NCBI GenBank assembly: GCA_965237955.1
Contig: OZ250169.1
Span: 8,070,598 to 8,134,597 of the forward strand
DNA length: 64,000 bases
Origin: Candidatus Marinacidobacterales bacterium
GTDB lineage: Bacteria; Acidobacteriota; Vicinamibacteria; Marinacidobacterales; SMYC01
Direction: 5' to 3'
Position numbers and translations under genes: made by a program
The notes under the pieces: model-generated
What the model was told of the DNA's origin: nothing
Seen by the model: the letters and a program-made list of their open reading frames with translations, nothing else
Database searches by the model: none
Shown here: positions 44,155-55,218 of the stretch, piece by piece
How the letters are laid out: each line of letters starts with the position of its first letter
How positions within the stretch are numbered: the stretch's first letter is position 1

Positions 44155-45962
44155 TTAGTTGGTCCACTTCGACTTCTCCGGCGTGGCTAAAAAAGCTTCG
44201 ACGCCGGCGGGGACGGCGCGGCCTTCGCTGGCGCGGCCTTCGAGATAGTGTACGAAGTTGAAGCGAGCTTGCTCGTCACCGTACTCCGCGGCAAAATCGC
44301 GTACGATCTCGTTCGGAGGCAACGTGAGACGGCCAGCCACCGTGATCGGTTCGAGGCGCAGACCGGGGGTATCCGGGGACGAGCGATAGGCGCGCCAAAC
44401 GACTTCGGTGCAAACCAGGCTCTGGTCGGTCGCAAAGTCGAAGTCGAAGTCATAGGGGCGGCCGAGGTACGAGAATGCGCGTACGATGGCCCTGGCTTTG
44501 AAAACATTCGCGAGTCGCGGCCGGATCGCGGCCATGTAGTCCCCTGACGAGCCGTAGACGGAGTTTTGAATTACGCCTTCACTCACCGCCTCGATTACGG
44601 TGAGCGCGTCGTCGCTCATGTTCGACATCTCGCGCCGGCGCCACGCCAGCGGATAGGTTGCCTGTAGATATTGCGACAACGACATGTCGCGGCCGGCAGC
44701 ACGCTCGACCCACTCGAGCACCTCGGGATCCTTGTCGAAGGTCACGGCGATGGCTTCACCATCACCGATGTACAGCATCGCGTGCGGCCAAAAACCCGGT
44801 AGCCCGATATTCGACAGGCCAGTTTTTACGTCCGAGCAGAATGTCGCCAGGCAAGAGCCGGCCCTCCATATCGCGAGCCTGCCCCCGGGTGATGAGATAC
44901 TCGCCCGGGCGCCCAAACCGGACATTGCCCATCCACTGGGCTACTTCTTTTTGAATTGGAAACGTCAAATGCTTGACGCTCCGGAGCACGGGTGCGAAGT
45001 CGCTTGCGGCCGCGAGCGTCACTACTTCGTGCCGTTTGCGAAGCTCGGCCGCGGACAGGTATCGCTCAGACTTCGCTCCACAGCCAATCAAAATTTTCGG
45101 CGAGGGCGTCCGCGCGTGCGTGGTGGACGCGTTCGAGGTAGACGAGGTAGCGACTCCCCGCCGAGACGCGAGAAAGGTCGGTGAGCCCCGACAGCTCTTC
45201 GCGCATTTGCGCCACGCTGTCGATGGTAATGCCGCGCTCGGGTCGATCGAGGTTCAAGAAGCGCACGACGTTCTCGTTGCCGTCGAGCAACTCGATAATC
45301 CTCGTCGTGTTCTCGTAGAGCGATAGCTCGGCGGCGAAGCTCAAAAGAAAGCTGCGCACGTGGCGAAGCCGTTCCATGCGCGAAAGATCGAAACGATAGA
45401 AATCTTCGTGAAACCGGCGAATTCGATCGAGCGCGATGGCAGTATCCAGATAGCTCGCCCAGGCATCGAGCACCAGCGCTTCGTCCTCCGCGGTGAGGGC
45501 GCGCGCGTTCTCGCCGTCGAACAAGTCACCCCGGGATTCCAACCGGGCGACGAGCCCGCGGAGACTGCGGTCGAGATCGCGAAAGTAACGTGCGTCGAAC
45601 TCGTGGGTGCGGCGGAATTCGCTCTCGGTCATCGCCGTCAGCGGCGTCGGGCGTCCCATGACCAAGACCGCAACAAGGCTCACGAACGTCGCTGCCGCGA
45701 GCATCGCGAACATGGCCGCACGCCGGCCCCACCGCCGCCCCGGGACATCGGTTACGGTCCGCTCGATGTGAGCGCCGGTGGCAAACAACGCGAACCCGCA
45801 CATCCACAGAAACAGGATGCCGCCAACCACGGTGGGAAAAAAGCGCGTCCCCCAGTCGGAGGCCCAGTACCCGAGCGCGACGCCGCTGGAAACGCCGAGC
45901 AAGACGTAGCCCCCACTGAGAAACCCGCGGCCGAGAGAGGATCCGCTCGATTCGCTACTCAT
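44155..45962 (-). pseudogene. membrane-anchored YiiX/permuted NlpC-P60 family protein, multiply frameshifted
   Basis: LPGDILL, GFWPHAMLYIG, IEAVSEGV, GRPYDFDFD, LVCTE spread over three frames. Confidence 0.78.
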
Positions 45963-46143
45963 ATCTGTCTTGGGGATGAAGTTGATCTGATCTTAAGACC
46001 GGCAAGAAGAACCCGCAAATCAATCCTTGTTCGTCTTGCCATCGTGAATCCAACTCCAGCGCGGGGCGCCCCCGTCGTTTGGCCTCGAGCTCACCTACCC
46101 GTATACTAGAACCAAGTCCTGAAAATTCAAGAAAGGCCCACCG

Positions 46144-46558
46144 ATGCACGTCGGAGAGTACATGACTCGTGATCCTATCACCGTGTCGGAGGACACGAGC
46201 ATGAAGGAAGCCATGCTGCTCCTTCGTACCCATCACATCCGTCATCTACCCGTGGCCGACGGAAAAGTTCTCGTCGGGCTGGTATCGGACCGTGACATCC
46301 GTAAAGCAGCTCCGTCGCTCCTGTCCGGTATCGGTAAGAACGACTACGAGCAGGTGCTGGAAGGATACACTCGTCGGCCGCATCATGACCCGGGAGCCGT
46401 TCACCGTTACCGAAAGTACATCGCTCGTCGACGCGGTGTCGGTCCTCGTCGAGAAGAAGTTCGGAAGTCTCCCCGTCGTCGACGGTACCGAGCTCGTCGG
46501 CATCTTCACCGAAATCGACGCGCTGAAGATCTTGCTGGGTCGGCTGAACGGAGGTTAA
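46144..46558 (+). pseudogene. CBS-pair (AcuB-like) protein, frameshifted near 46365
   Basis: IRHLPV...LVGLVSDRD and FGSLPVVDG.ELVGIFTEID in different frames. Confidence 0.82.
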
Positions 46559-46600
46559 CCCTCGCCCGCCCGCCTCCGCACGAGGCTACGGCGGAGTTTA

Positions 46601-47932
46601 TTAAGCCCGCATCTTGATGCGGTCGTCTTCCTCACTCAAATTTGGCGGGTGGAGTTGTCCTTCGGAAGCGGCGATGACTACTGCCACGGTCGCGTCTCCG
46701 GTCACATTCGTCGCCGTTCGCAACATATCGAGAATACGGTCGACGCCGAAGATGAGGGCGATACCCGCGCTCGGCACGTTGATCGCCTGCAGAATGATCA
46801 CGAGCATGATGATGCCTGCTCCCGGGACCGCAGCGGTTCCAATCGACGCGAGGACCGCCGTCAACACGATGGTGATCTGTCCCCCGATTCCGATATCCAT
46901 CCCGAGGGCCTGCGCGATAAAAACGGCCGCGACCGCTTGATAGAGCGCGGTTCCGTCCATGTTCACGGTCGCGCCTAGGGGCAGCACGAACGACGACACC
47001 TCTTCGGACACGCCCAGCTTTTCCTCACACCGCTCCATCGTCAACGGCAGTGTCGCTCCGCTCGAGCTCGTCGAAAACGCAACGAGCTGCACTGGAGCCA
47101 TGCCGGCAAAGAACGTCTTCAGCTTCAGCGGCGTGAACAGCTTGAGCATAGTTACATACGTCAAGTTTATGTGCACGAGCAAGCCAGCGACCACTGCCAG
47201 ACTGTAGAACCCGAGCGCCCCCAAGAGCCCAAGCACCTGCCCGAAATCGTTGCCCTCCACCAATTCGGTAATGGTGCGGGCGATGAGCGCGAAGACGCCA
47301 AGAGGCGCCATGATCATGATGAGGTCGACGAGGCGGATCACGACCGCAGTCAAAGCGTCGAAGACGTCGAGCAGAGGCTTACGCTTCTCCTTGGGAACCT
47401 GAATCAGCCCGACACCGAACATGATCGAGACGAACACCACCTGGAGCATGTTGCGGTTGCTCGACGCCGACGCAAAGAAATTCGAGGGGACGATGTCCTC
47501 GAGCAACTGGAGCGGTCCGCGCTCCTCGACGGCTTCGGCTTGCTCTTCTTCCTCGCTCGCTCGATCCGCGAACTGTTCTTGAAGCTTTAGGCGGGCATCC
47601 TCGGGCAGTTGATCGCCTGGACGGGCGATGTTCACGATGAGAAGGCCGATAGTGACAGCGACGGCGGTGGTGGCCACGTAGATGAAGATCGTCTTGCCAC
47701 CAATCCGGGATAGCTTGCGGATATCGCTGAGAGACGCGACGCCCGTGATCAGAGAACCGAGGACGAGCGGCACGGCGATAAGCTGCAAGCCGCTGATGAA
47801 GACGGTGCCGAACGGTGCTATCCAATCCGAAGTGAACTGGCCCCAACCGTTCGCGGCGGCGACGACACCGTAGATGACCCCCAAGATGAGCCCGGCGATG
47901 ATTTGCCAATGAAGCTTGCGGTACCAAGGCAT
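46601..47932 (-). CDS. dicarboxylate/amino acid:cation symporter (GltP/DctA family)
   Basis: AFSTSSSGATLP, PLGATVNMDG, DRILDMLRTATNVTGD. Confidence 0.95.
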   Translation of the reverse strand: MPWYRKLHWQIIAGLILGVIYGVVAAANGWGQFTSDWIAPFGTVFISGLQLIAVPLVLGSLITGVASLSDIRKLSRIGGKTIFIYVATTAVAVTIGLLIVNIARPGDQLPEDARLKLQEQFADRASEEEEQAEAVEERGPLQLLEDIVPSNFFASASSNRNMLQVVFVSIMFGVGLIQVPKEKRKPLLDVFDALTAVVIRLVDLIMIMAPLGVFALIARTITELVEGNDFGQVLGLLGALGFYSLAVVAGLLVHINLTYVTMLKLFTPLKLKTFFAGMAPVQLVAFSTSSSGATLPLTMERCEEKLGVSEEVSSFVLPLGATVNMDGTALYQAVAAVFIAQALGMDIGIGGQITIVLTAVLASIGTAAVPGAGIIMLVIILQAINVPSAGIALIFGVDRILDMLRTATNVTGDATVAVVIAASEGQLHPPNLSEEDDRIKMRA

Positions 47933-48220
47933 GAGCTGCAAATGATATCAGCATTCAGCATCCAGCATCCAGTCGCTGCGCGCTGTGCCGCCGGCTGGGC
48001 CGGCGTTACACCTGCCAACGAGCCTTTAAACCTCCTGGGCTTGACTCGAAACGATCGCCGGCATGGAGAGCACGAGAACGAGGCTCCACCCCGCAAGGGT
48101 CGGCAAGAAGTCGATCTTCATATCGCAAATGCCCCACAACTAGGCGTGTGAGGACGGTAAGGTGTTATTCGATTGAAAGACGGAAACCTAATTCTCCGTT
48201 TAGCTTGGCCGGTAAATTTG

Positions 48221-49411
48221 TCAAGCGTCGCCGTTGCCGGAGGGCTCCTTCTCTGAGGCCGTGACTTTCTTTCCGTCTTCGATGCGAAGACTTTGTTTCC
48301 CGTCGAGGATGTCGAGGAGGTCCTGTCCCACGAGCTCGCGCCTCCACCCCTCGAGCACCGGAAGCTCCGGGATCTCTGCGCGGAAGTGCCCGGCGGCAAG
48401 GCTCTTCAGATCACCGCGGGTCGCGAGCATCGAAGGGGCGATCTCGGCCTCGGTGGCGCGCGCGTACAGCCAAGCTTCGAGAAGCCGCGCGATGGAGTCG
48501 ATCTGGGGCGGGACCTTGGATCTCATCTTGTCCGGGGTCGGCTCGTCAACCGGATTCTGCTCGCCCCGCCTCACCGACTCGATGATGCTCTCGCCATCCT
48601 TTCCGATTTGATGCGGCTTGAGCGATCGGATCTGCTTGAGACTCTTGATGGTCGACGGTTTGCGGCGGGCAATCTCGAGAACGCTTTGGTCGCGGATGAC
48701 CCAACCTCGGGGAATGTTGCGCGAGCGAGCCATCTCTTCCCGCCACGCAGCGACTTCGCGCAGCACACCCAGGTTGCCGCCGTTGAGCCCCCCGGTTTTC
48801 AGTCTCTTGTAGTACTCGAGTGGCGCCGGCGTCCGGAATGTTTCCGCCGATTCCAAGCGCGCGCACTCCTCGAGCTCCCACCCGGAGCGGCCGAGAGCCT
48901 CGAGACGTTCACCAAGATGTTTTCGGATTTCCGCCAAGTAGCGCACGTCTTCGAGCGAGTAGTCGATCTGCGCCTTCGTCAATGGCCGTGCGGTCCAATC
49001 CGTGAGCGTTTCGAGCTTTTTGAGCTGCACACCGGTCACTTTCGCGACCAGCTTCGCATACGAGATCTGGTCGCCGTACCCGACGAGCGCCGCGGCGATC
49101 TGAGAATCGAAGACGTTTTGGGGCACGATTTCGCCTTTCTCGTAGAGCGCGGCAAAATCCTGTTCGCCCGCGTGCACTACTTTCTCCACGGAGGCATCGG
49201 TCACAAGCGCATAGAGAGGCTCGAGCGATTCGACAGCGTGCGGGTCGATGACAGCCTCGAGCCCCTGGGCTGCGACTTGTACGATGCCGAGCTGGATGTA
49301 GAACGTCCGTTCGCGAACGAATTCCGTATCGAGCGCGAACGAGCCCGCGGCACCGAGCTTCTCACAGAGTTGCTCGAGCTCCTTGGTGGTCTCGACGATT
49401 GTGGGCTTCAT
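48221..49411 (-). CDS. rnd: ribonuclease D
   Basis: ALDTEFVRERT, KVVHAGEQD, TDWTARPL, HRDC domain, GWRRELVG. Confidence 0.93.
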   Translation of the reverse strand: MKPTIVETTKELEQLCEKLGAAGSFALDTEFVRERTFYIQLGIVQVAAQGLEAVIDPHAVESLEPLYALVTDASVEKVVHAGEQDFAALYEKGEIVPQNVFDSQIAAALVGYGDQISYAKLVAKVTGVQLKKLETLTDWTARPLTKAQIDYSLEDVRYLAEIRKHLGERLEALGRSGWELEECARLESAETFRTPAPLEYYKRLKTGGLNGGNLGVLREVAAWREEMARSRNIPRGWVIRDQSVLEIARRKPSTIKSLKQIRSLKPHQIGKDGESIIESVRRGEQNPVDEPTPDKMRSKVPPQIDSIARLLEAWLYARATEAEIAPSMLATRGDLKSLAAGHFRAEIPELPVLEGWRRELVGQDLLDILDGKQSLRIEDGKKVTASEKEPSGNGDA

Positions 49412-49442
49412 AAGCGCGTTGGCAACGATAAAGTGTACCGAA

Positions 49443-51934
49443 TCATATCCCGAGTGACAGCCGTAGCGAGATCCCCATGTCGACACTGTTGAGAAACTCG
49501 CCGAAGCGGAGACTGCCTTGATTCGATATCACGTCGCGGGGGTTGAAGTGACTTCCAAGGTTGAAGATTTGAAACCCAACCCGAATCTTACGACCGATCA
49601 CGGTGATGCCCTTGGTCACACGAACATCCACCGCTAGAAAATTGGGGAACCGCCCGCCCCGATTGCGCTCGCCCACCGGTGTGTAGTCCTCGGCAAAAAC
49701 CGTGTAGGGAAACCCGAAACGCCACTCGAGTCCGGGCGAGACGACGATATCGTTCGGAAGCTTCCAGATTCCCCAGAAGAGAATACGATTCGGCACATCG
49801 AGCCTGAAGAGCGATCTCTCGTTGGTCAAAAACAGCGGCGAGCGGAAGTTCTGATAGAGCGTGTTGAAGTCGTTGAGATCGCCCGTCGTCCGAGATCGCC
49901 CGTCGTCCGAGATCGCCCGTCGTCCGAGCTCGCACGTACGAGCCATAGAGCTCGTTGTCATTGCGCTGGACTCGCACGGTCACGTCCATCTCCCGGGTGA
50001 ACGACGAGCCCCGAGACGAGAGCAACATGGCGCCCGGAGTACCGTCATCGCCTGGCTCGACGCGGTCTACGATGAACTCTTTGGATCCACGTCGCTCGCG
50101 GTAGTTCACACGCACCTGCAGATTATCGCCGAGAAGCTGACTCAACTCGACGTTCCAGGTGGTGCTTCTCGGCGTCTCCAGGTCCACGTCCGAGACCCGG
50201 GGCTCGAACACGGCGGGGCCGCCCGATGGGTTGGCCGTCCGGTCCAAAGTTCGTCTCTACCCGGCTCTGGTAGTTCTCGTAGCCATCCGCGTGAAGGAAC
50301 ACGTCATCGTAGAAGATACCGAACCCGGCCTTGACCACGGTGCGTCCGCGCTCGTCGATGGCGAGCGCGGTCGAGATTCGAGGGGCGAGCTGGTGCTCGT
50401 CCACGAGACGATCGTAGTCGTAGCGCAACCCGATATCGATTCCAACGCGGTCGCTCGGTCGCCATTGATCCTGAACGAAGGTAGAAACTTGAAGATCTCT
50501 GCCTTCGATCGCGGGGTCTCCGACGTAGTCGACGTGCTGCAGTCTCCGTCCGTTCTCCGCGAAGATGTCGATCGGTAGCCCCTCGTCCACGCCGGTGAAA
50601 CTCGTATACGAAACGTTGCCGCCAAACTTGATGATGTGTTGGCCGAAGAAATCCGACGGGGCGTGGGTACACGCCGAGCCGACTTCAAACCTCAAGCTTT
50701 CCCGATCGATCGAGTTGAAGTAGTTGTCCCTGAGGCCCTCGGGAATGAGACGGGACGGGCCCTCACCCTTCGGCTCGATCCTTACGTTGTAGCGCTTGAC
50801 CGCCACTATCGTCTCGACGAGAGTGCGCGAGAAAAACGACCGTCCGGAGAACGCCGCGTTCCAACCGCCGCTTTCGAAGTCCGGCGACGCGTCCGAGGTC
50901 ACGAGCGCGCTCAGTCCGAGGTTTTCCACCTCCACGGGAAAAAACGAGAACGTCGTGGTGAGATGATGCTTCTGTGCGAGTCGAAAATCGAGCTGAGTGA
51001 ACGTATCGAAGCTCTCGAGAATCCGCTCGTCATCCCCTTCCTGCACGTCATGAACGCGGGAGCGGACGAAACGATAGGCGATACCTTGCGAAAACCACGC
51101 CTTTCCTTTTTTGATCGGACCACTTACCTGGATTTGCGGCACCCAGGACTTGAAGCCTTTGATGGTCCCGTCGCGGAAGTTCGGCCTCGGCCAGAAATCA
51201 CCGACATCGACATCGAATTCGTCAGTGCCGCCCCGCGTTTTGACCCTCGCGACCGCTCCCGTGACCCTCCCGTACTCAGCGGAGTAAGGGAGGCTATTGA
51301 CCTCGACTTCGTCGATCGCTTTGAGGGGCAGCTCTACCGCGAACTCGCCGGTGACGGGGTCGGTGACGTTGGCACCGTTGACGAGAAGCATCGATTGACT
51401 CGGACGGGCACCGTTGAAGCTGAGCTTGCCTTCGGGATCGCGGACGACACCGGGAACGAGCGGTAACGCTTCCTGAAACCGGTCCGTCGGAAGCGGTAGC
51501 GCGTCGAGCTGAGCCGGGTCGAACTGAGCGGTCTCGGTATGGTTGGTGGCTTCTTTGCGGGTGACCTCTTCACGAACCACGACGCTTTCCGAAACACGCG
51601 TGATCTGAAGCGCAATCTCGAAGCGTAGCTCTCGGCCCGACGCCACATCGAGATTCTCGGTCCAATCCTCGTACCCGGGGAACGTAGCAACGAGATGGTT
51701 GGGGCCCGGCGGGACGCTTGTGAACGAGAACTCGCCGAGCGTGCCCGACACTTCCACGAACGAAGCTCCGTCTTCTGTACTGAGCATTACCAGGACGCCG
51801 GGTAGCGGGTCTCCCCCGGGGCCAACGACAGTTCCCGCTATCCGGCCGGGCGTCGTTTGGGCCCCGGACAAAACGCTCGCCGCAAGCAGGACGACGATTC
51901 CCCCTAGCGTCGCTTCACCCGGTCTTTTGAGCAC
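49443..51934 (-). pseudogene. TonB-dependent-receptor-like outer-membrane protein with carboxypeptidase-regulatory N-domain, frameshifted
   Basis: GDPLPGV, LVPGV, YSAEYGR, FVQDQW, GLRYDY; frameshifts near 50220 and at the 49875-49925 repeat. Confidence 0.8.
49875..49928. repeat. 17-bp tandem repeat x3
   Basis: (GAGATCGCCCGTCGTCC)3 followed by GAG. Confidence 0.95.
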
Positions 51935-52068
51935 GAATACTTACTTGCCTGTGTTGCTTTCGTGAAGTTGCGATGGCCGGGCGCGTCCGGGTCGCGAGTG
52001 TATCATGCCTTGGTTGTGATAGAACTGGCCCGCGCTACGAAATCGCGCGCCAGACAAAGGAGCGAACG

Positions 52069-53484
52069 TTGGACTCTCCCACATGGCTCAGTGTGTTGCC
52101 GCCTCTGATCGCGATTGTTACCGCACTCGTCACCAAACAGGTATTCCTCTCCCTGTTCGCCGGAATCTGGCTCTCCTGGATCATCATGGGCGGCGGCAAC
52201 ATCGTTCTCGGTCTCGGCGACGCGATCCAGGCCCTCGTCGACGTCTTCAAGTCAGACGGAAACACCCGCACGATCATGTTCAGCGCGCTCATGGGCTCGC
52301 TCATTGCGCTCACCCAGCGCTCGGGCGGTGTATTGGGTTTCATCAAGTGGGTTACCGAGGCCGGCTTGGTCACCAGCCGGCGCGGAGCCCAGCTTCTCGC
52401 GTATTTTCTCGGGCTCGGGATCTTTCTCGAGTCGAACATCACTTGCCTCGTGTCCGGCGCGATCTCGAGACCGCTGTGCGACAAATTCAAAGTATCGCGG
52501 GAGAAGCTGGCCTATATCTGTGACTCCACGTCGGCACCGGTGTGCATTTTGATACCGATGAATGGCTGGGGTGCCTTCATCCTTGCGATCTTTGTCGCCC
52601 AAGGGATCGACAGGCCGCTGAAGGCGCTGCTAATTGCAAACCTCTTCAACTTCTACGCATTCTTCGCGGTGGCGCTCGTCTTCTATGTCGTCGTCACCGG
52701 CAAAGACTGGGGCCCGATGGCTAGAGCGGAAAAGCGAGCCGTTGAGACCGGTAAGGTCCTGCGGGACGGCGCCGCGCCTCTCGTCTCCTCGGAAGTGCTC
52801 GCACTTCCGGCCAAAGACGGTGTCGAGCCTCGCGCGTCCAACATGGTCGTCCCTCTCGTCGTCATGCTCGTGGCAATGCCCCTCGGACTCTACATCACCG
52901 GCGACGGTGACATCCTCGCGGGAAGCGGTTCGACGTCGGTGCTGTGGGCGGTGCTGGCGGCGGTGACGGTGGCATTCGTCATGTACGCGTCTCGACGTAT
53001 CTTCAGCCTGGCCGAGTTCATGGAGCTCGTTCTCTCCGGCATCAGTGGGCTCATGCCGGTCGCCCTCCTGATGATGATGGCGTTCGCGATCGGAGCCGCC
53101 TCGACCGAGCTCCGCACTGGAGAATACCTCGCGGCTCTCACCGAGGGAGTCTTGAGTCCGTCGCTAGTTCCCGCCATCCTCTTCGTCATGACAGGTTTCA
53201 TCGCCTTTTCCACCGGGACGTCATGGGGAACATTCGCGATCATGCTTCCCATCGGGATTCCCATGGCCGAAACGATTGGGGCGGATCTGCATGTGACCAT
53301 CGGCGCCGTGCTCGCTGGAGGCATCTTCGGCGATCACTGCTCCCCGATCTCGGATACGACGATCATCTCGTCGATGGCCGCGAGCTCGGATCACATCGAC
53401 CATGTCAACACCCAGCTCCCCTACGCACTAGCCACCGGCGCCGCCGCCACCGTGATGTTCCTACTAGCGGGCGCGATCGTGTAG
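52069..53484 (+). CDS. Na+/H+ antiporter NhaC-family protein
   Basis: SREKLAYICDSTSAP, FSTGTSWGTF, GDHCSPISDTT, HVNTQLPYA; AAGGAG before a TTG start. Confidence 0.9.
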   Translation: MDSPTWLSVLPPLIAIVTALVTKQVFLSLFAGIWLSWIIMGGGNIVLGLGDAIQALVDVFKSDGNTRTIMFSALMGSLIALTQRSGGVLGFIKWVTEAGLVTSRRGAQLLAYFLGLGIFLESNITCLVSGAISRPLCDKFKVSREKLAYICDSTSAPVCILIPMNGWGAFILAIFVAQGIDRPLKALLIANLFNFYAFFAVALVFYVVVTGKDWGPMARAEKRAVETGKVLRDGAAPLVSSEVLALPAKDGVEPRASNMVVPLVVMLVAMPLGLYITGDGDILAGSGSTSVLWAVLAAVTVAFVMYASRRIFSLAEFMELVLSGISGLMPVALLMMMAFAIGAASTELRTGEYLAALTEGVLSPSLVPAILFVMTGFIAFSTGTSWGTFAIMLPIGIPMAETIGADLHVTIGAVLAGGIFGDHCSPISDTTIISSMAASSDHIDHVNTQLPYALATGAAATVMFLLAGAIV

Positions 53485-53742
53485 AGCGCCCTTGCCCTTG
53501 CCCTTGCGCCGTGCCCGACCAATACCGATGTCGTGCGCCCGAGAGGGAACGGGCAGGGGCGGGGGGCTCCGCGACCGCTCTAGTTTCTAGTAGCAGTTTC
53601 TCGGATCCGCGTTTCACCTGCTAGAATATTTCTCGAGTCATTCTTCCCGAGCCCGTCAATCTTCCGTGGGCGCCATGATCCTCTACTACGCCGGAATTGC
53701 GTTGACAGTAGATCACTTTCTCCGGCCAGACCCGAAGCGAAA

Positions 53743-54834
53743 TTAGCGGCCCGAGCGCACCACTCGAACAAGGCCCCAGGTCAAAATCGGCACGAGATAG
53801 ACCAGCCAAAACCCGTACGTCACTGTGCCGTAGCCCTTCGAGATCAGCTCCTCGAGCCCCACCTGAGCAAGAACCGCCGCGAGCGCCAGAAGGACGACTG
53901 CCACCACCGGGCGTATCCCTTCGGGAAACGTCCTCTGCCTGTCTTCAAAGGACGACGCGAGGCGCTCGTTGAATGCGTGGATGAGTGTCGTTCCCGTTTC
54001 GACGAGCGTCCCAAGGAGCATGATCTGGAACGCCAGTAGAAACGCTCGGGAGCCGAGAGCGTCGAGGAGGACGATCGACGGCACCGTCTCGGAAACGATC
54101 GCCGGATAGAAACCCATCATGGAGAGATAAAAGAAAAAGCCGGGAAGGATGGCGATTGGGCCCGCGAGCAGTCCGGCCGTCAGCGCCTCCTTGCGCCGTT
54201 CGAGGTGACGGATCGTGAACAAAATGGCGGGGAGAGTGCCCACGTTGTATGCGGCGTACTCGATACCGCCCTGGAACCAGCCACGCTTCACTTCGCCGAG
54301 GGCGAGGCCCGACTGGATGTCCCCACCGAACTTGTAGAGGCAGGCCACGAGGAATGTGATGTAGACGGCATAGAGCACGAGCGACCAGAACGAGAGAAAC
54401 TTCTCGACGAGGGCGGTGCCTTTCAATACGAGAAACCCCACGGAGACCATCATCAGGAAGACGCCCACCAGATACGGAACCGAAAAGAGCTCCTCGGTGA
54501 TGCTGCCGGCTGCCGCGGCAATGACGGACAGCACGATGATCATGATGACCAAGTAACAAACCTCGTAGAGCCACCACGCGGGACCGAGCAGAACGCGGGT
54601 GAAGCTCCGATACTCGTAGGTCTTCGTCATGCGTGCGAGCTCGAACGTCACCGCACACACGAGGCTCCACACCACCGTCGACACGAGCCACATGCCCAGG
54701 AGGCCGCCGGTAGGCCCGAAGTTCAAGAAGAACTCGACGAGCTCGCGACCGGTACCGTAGCCACCGGCAATGATCATCGATTGGAACGCGAAACCAGGCA
54801 GCAGGTAACGCTGCCAGAACCGGGAGCTGAACAT
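53743..54834 (-). CDS. YkvI-like membrane protein / putative permease
   Basis: IAGGYGTGRELVEFF; about ten hydrophobic helices. Confidence 0.8.
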   Translation of the reverse strand: MFSSRFWQRYLLPGFAFQSMIIAGGYGTGRELVEFFLNFGPTGGLLGMWLVSTVVWSLVCAVTFELARMTKTYEYRSFTRVLLGPAWWLYEVCYLVIMIIVLSVIAAAAGSITEELFSVPYLVGVFLMMVSVGFLVLKGTALVEKFLSFWSLVLYAVYITFLVACLYKFGGDIQSGLALGEVKRGWFQGGIEYAAYNVGTLPAILFTIRHLERRKEALTAGLLAGPIAILPGFFFYLSMMGFYPAIVSETVPSIVLLDALGSRAFLLAFQIMLLGTLVETGTTLIHAFNERLASSFEDRQRTFPEGIRPVVAVVLLALAAVLAQVGLEELISKGYGTVTYGFWLVYLVPILTWGLVRVVRSGR

Positions 54835-54916
54835 GACGTGCGTAGATACTGCACCGAAGCTCCCGATGCAACCGAGAAATGCGCGCGCGCCAAAGATTCA
54901 CCCGCGGGAAAATCTC

Positions 54917-55172
54917 AACGCAAAGGCGCCAAGGCGCAAGGGCGCAAAGTGCGCGCCTTCGGCGCTGATGCTCGTTTTGGTTTCTGGATCGTCTCTGGAA
55001 GCCGCGGCGGAGCTGAACCGCAACGTCCCCAAAGCTCAGGAATTCAGGAAGGCAGGAATTCAGGAAATTGCAGGACCCTACCTACCACGTTCCACTCCGG
55101 TGTTGCTTCCGTTCCTGCCTTCCTCCCGAAATCGCTTTTCTTTGCGTCCCTGCGTCTTGGCGTCTTTGCGTT
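54917..55172. repeat. REP-like nested inverted repeat
   Basis: AACGCAAAGGCGCCAAGGCGCAAGG arm pairs with ...CTTGGCGTCTTTGCGTT; inner GGAAGGCAGGAA / TTCCTGCCTTCC pair. Confidence 0.8.
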
Positions 55173-55218
55173 GTTTTCCTGTGGTCCCGTACCGTCCGTT
55201 ACTTAGGTGGTATAGTAA

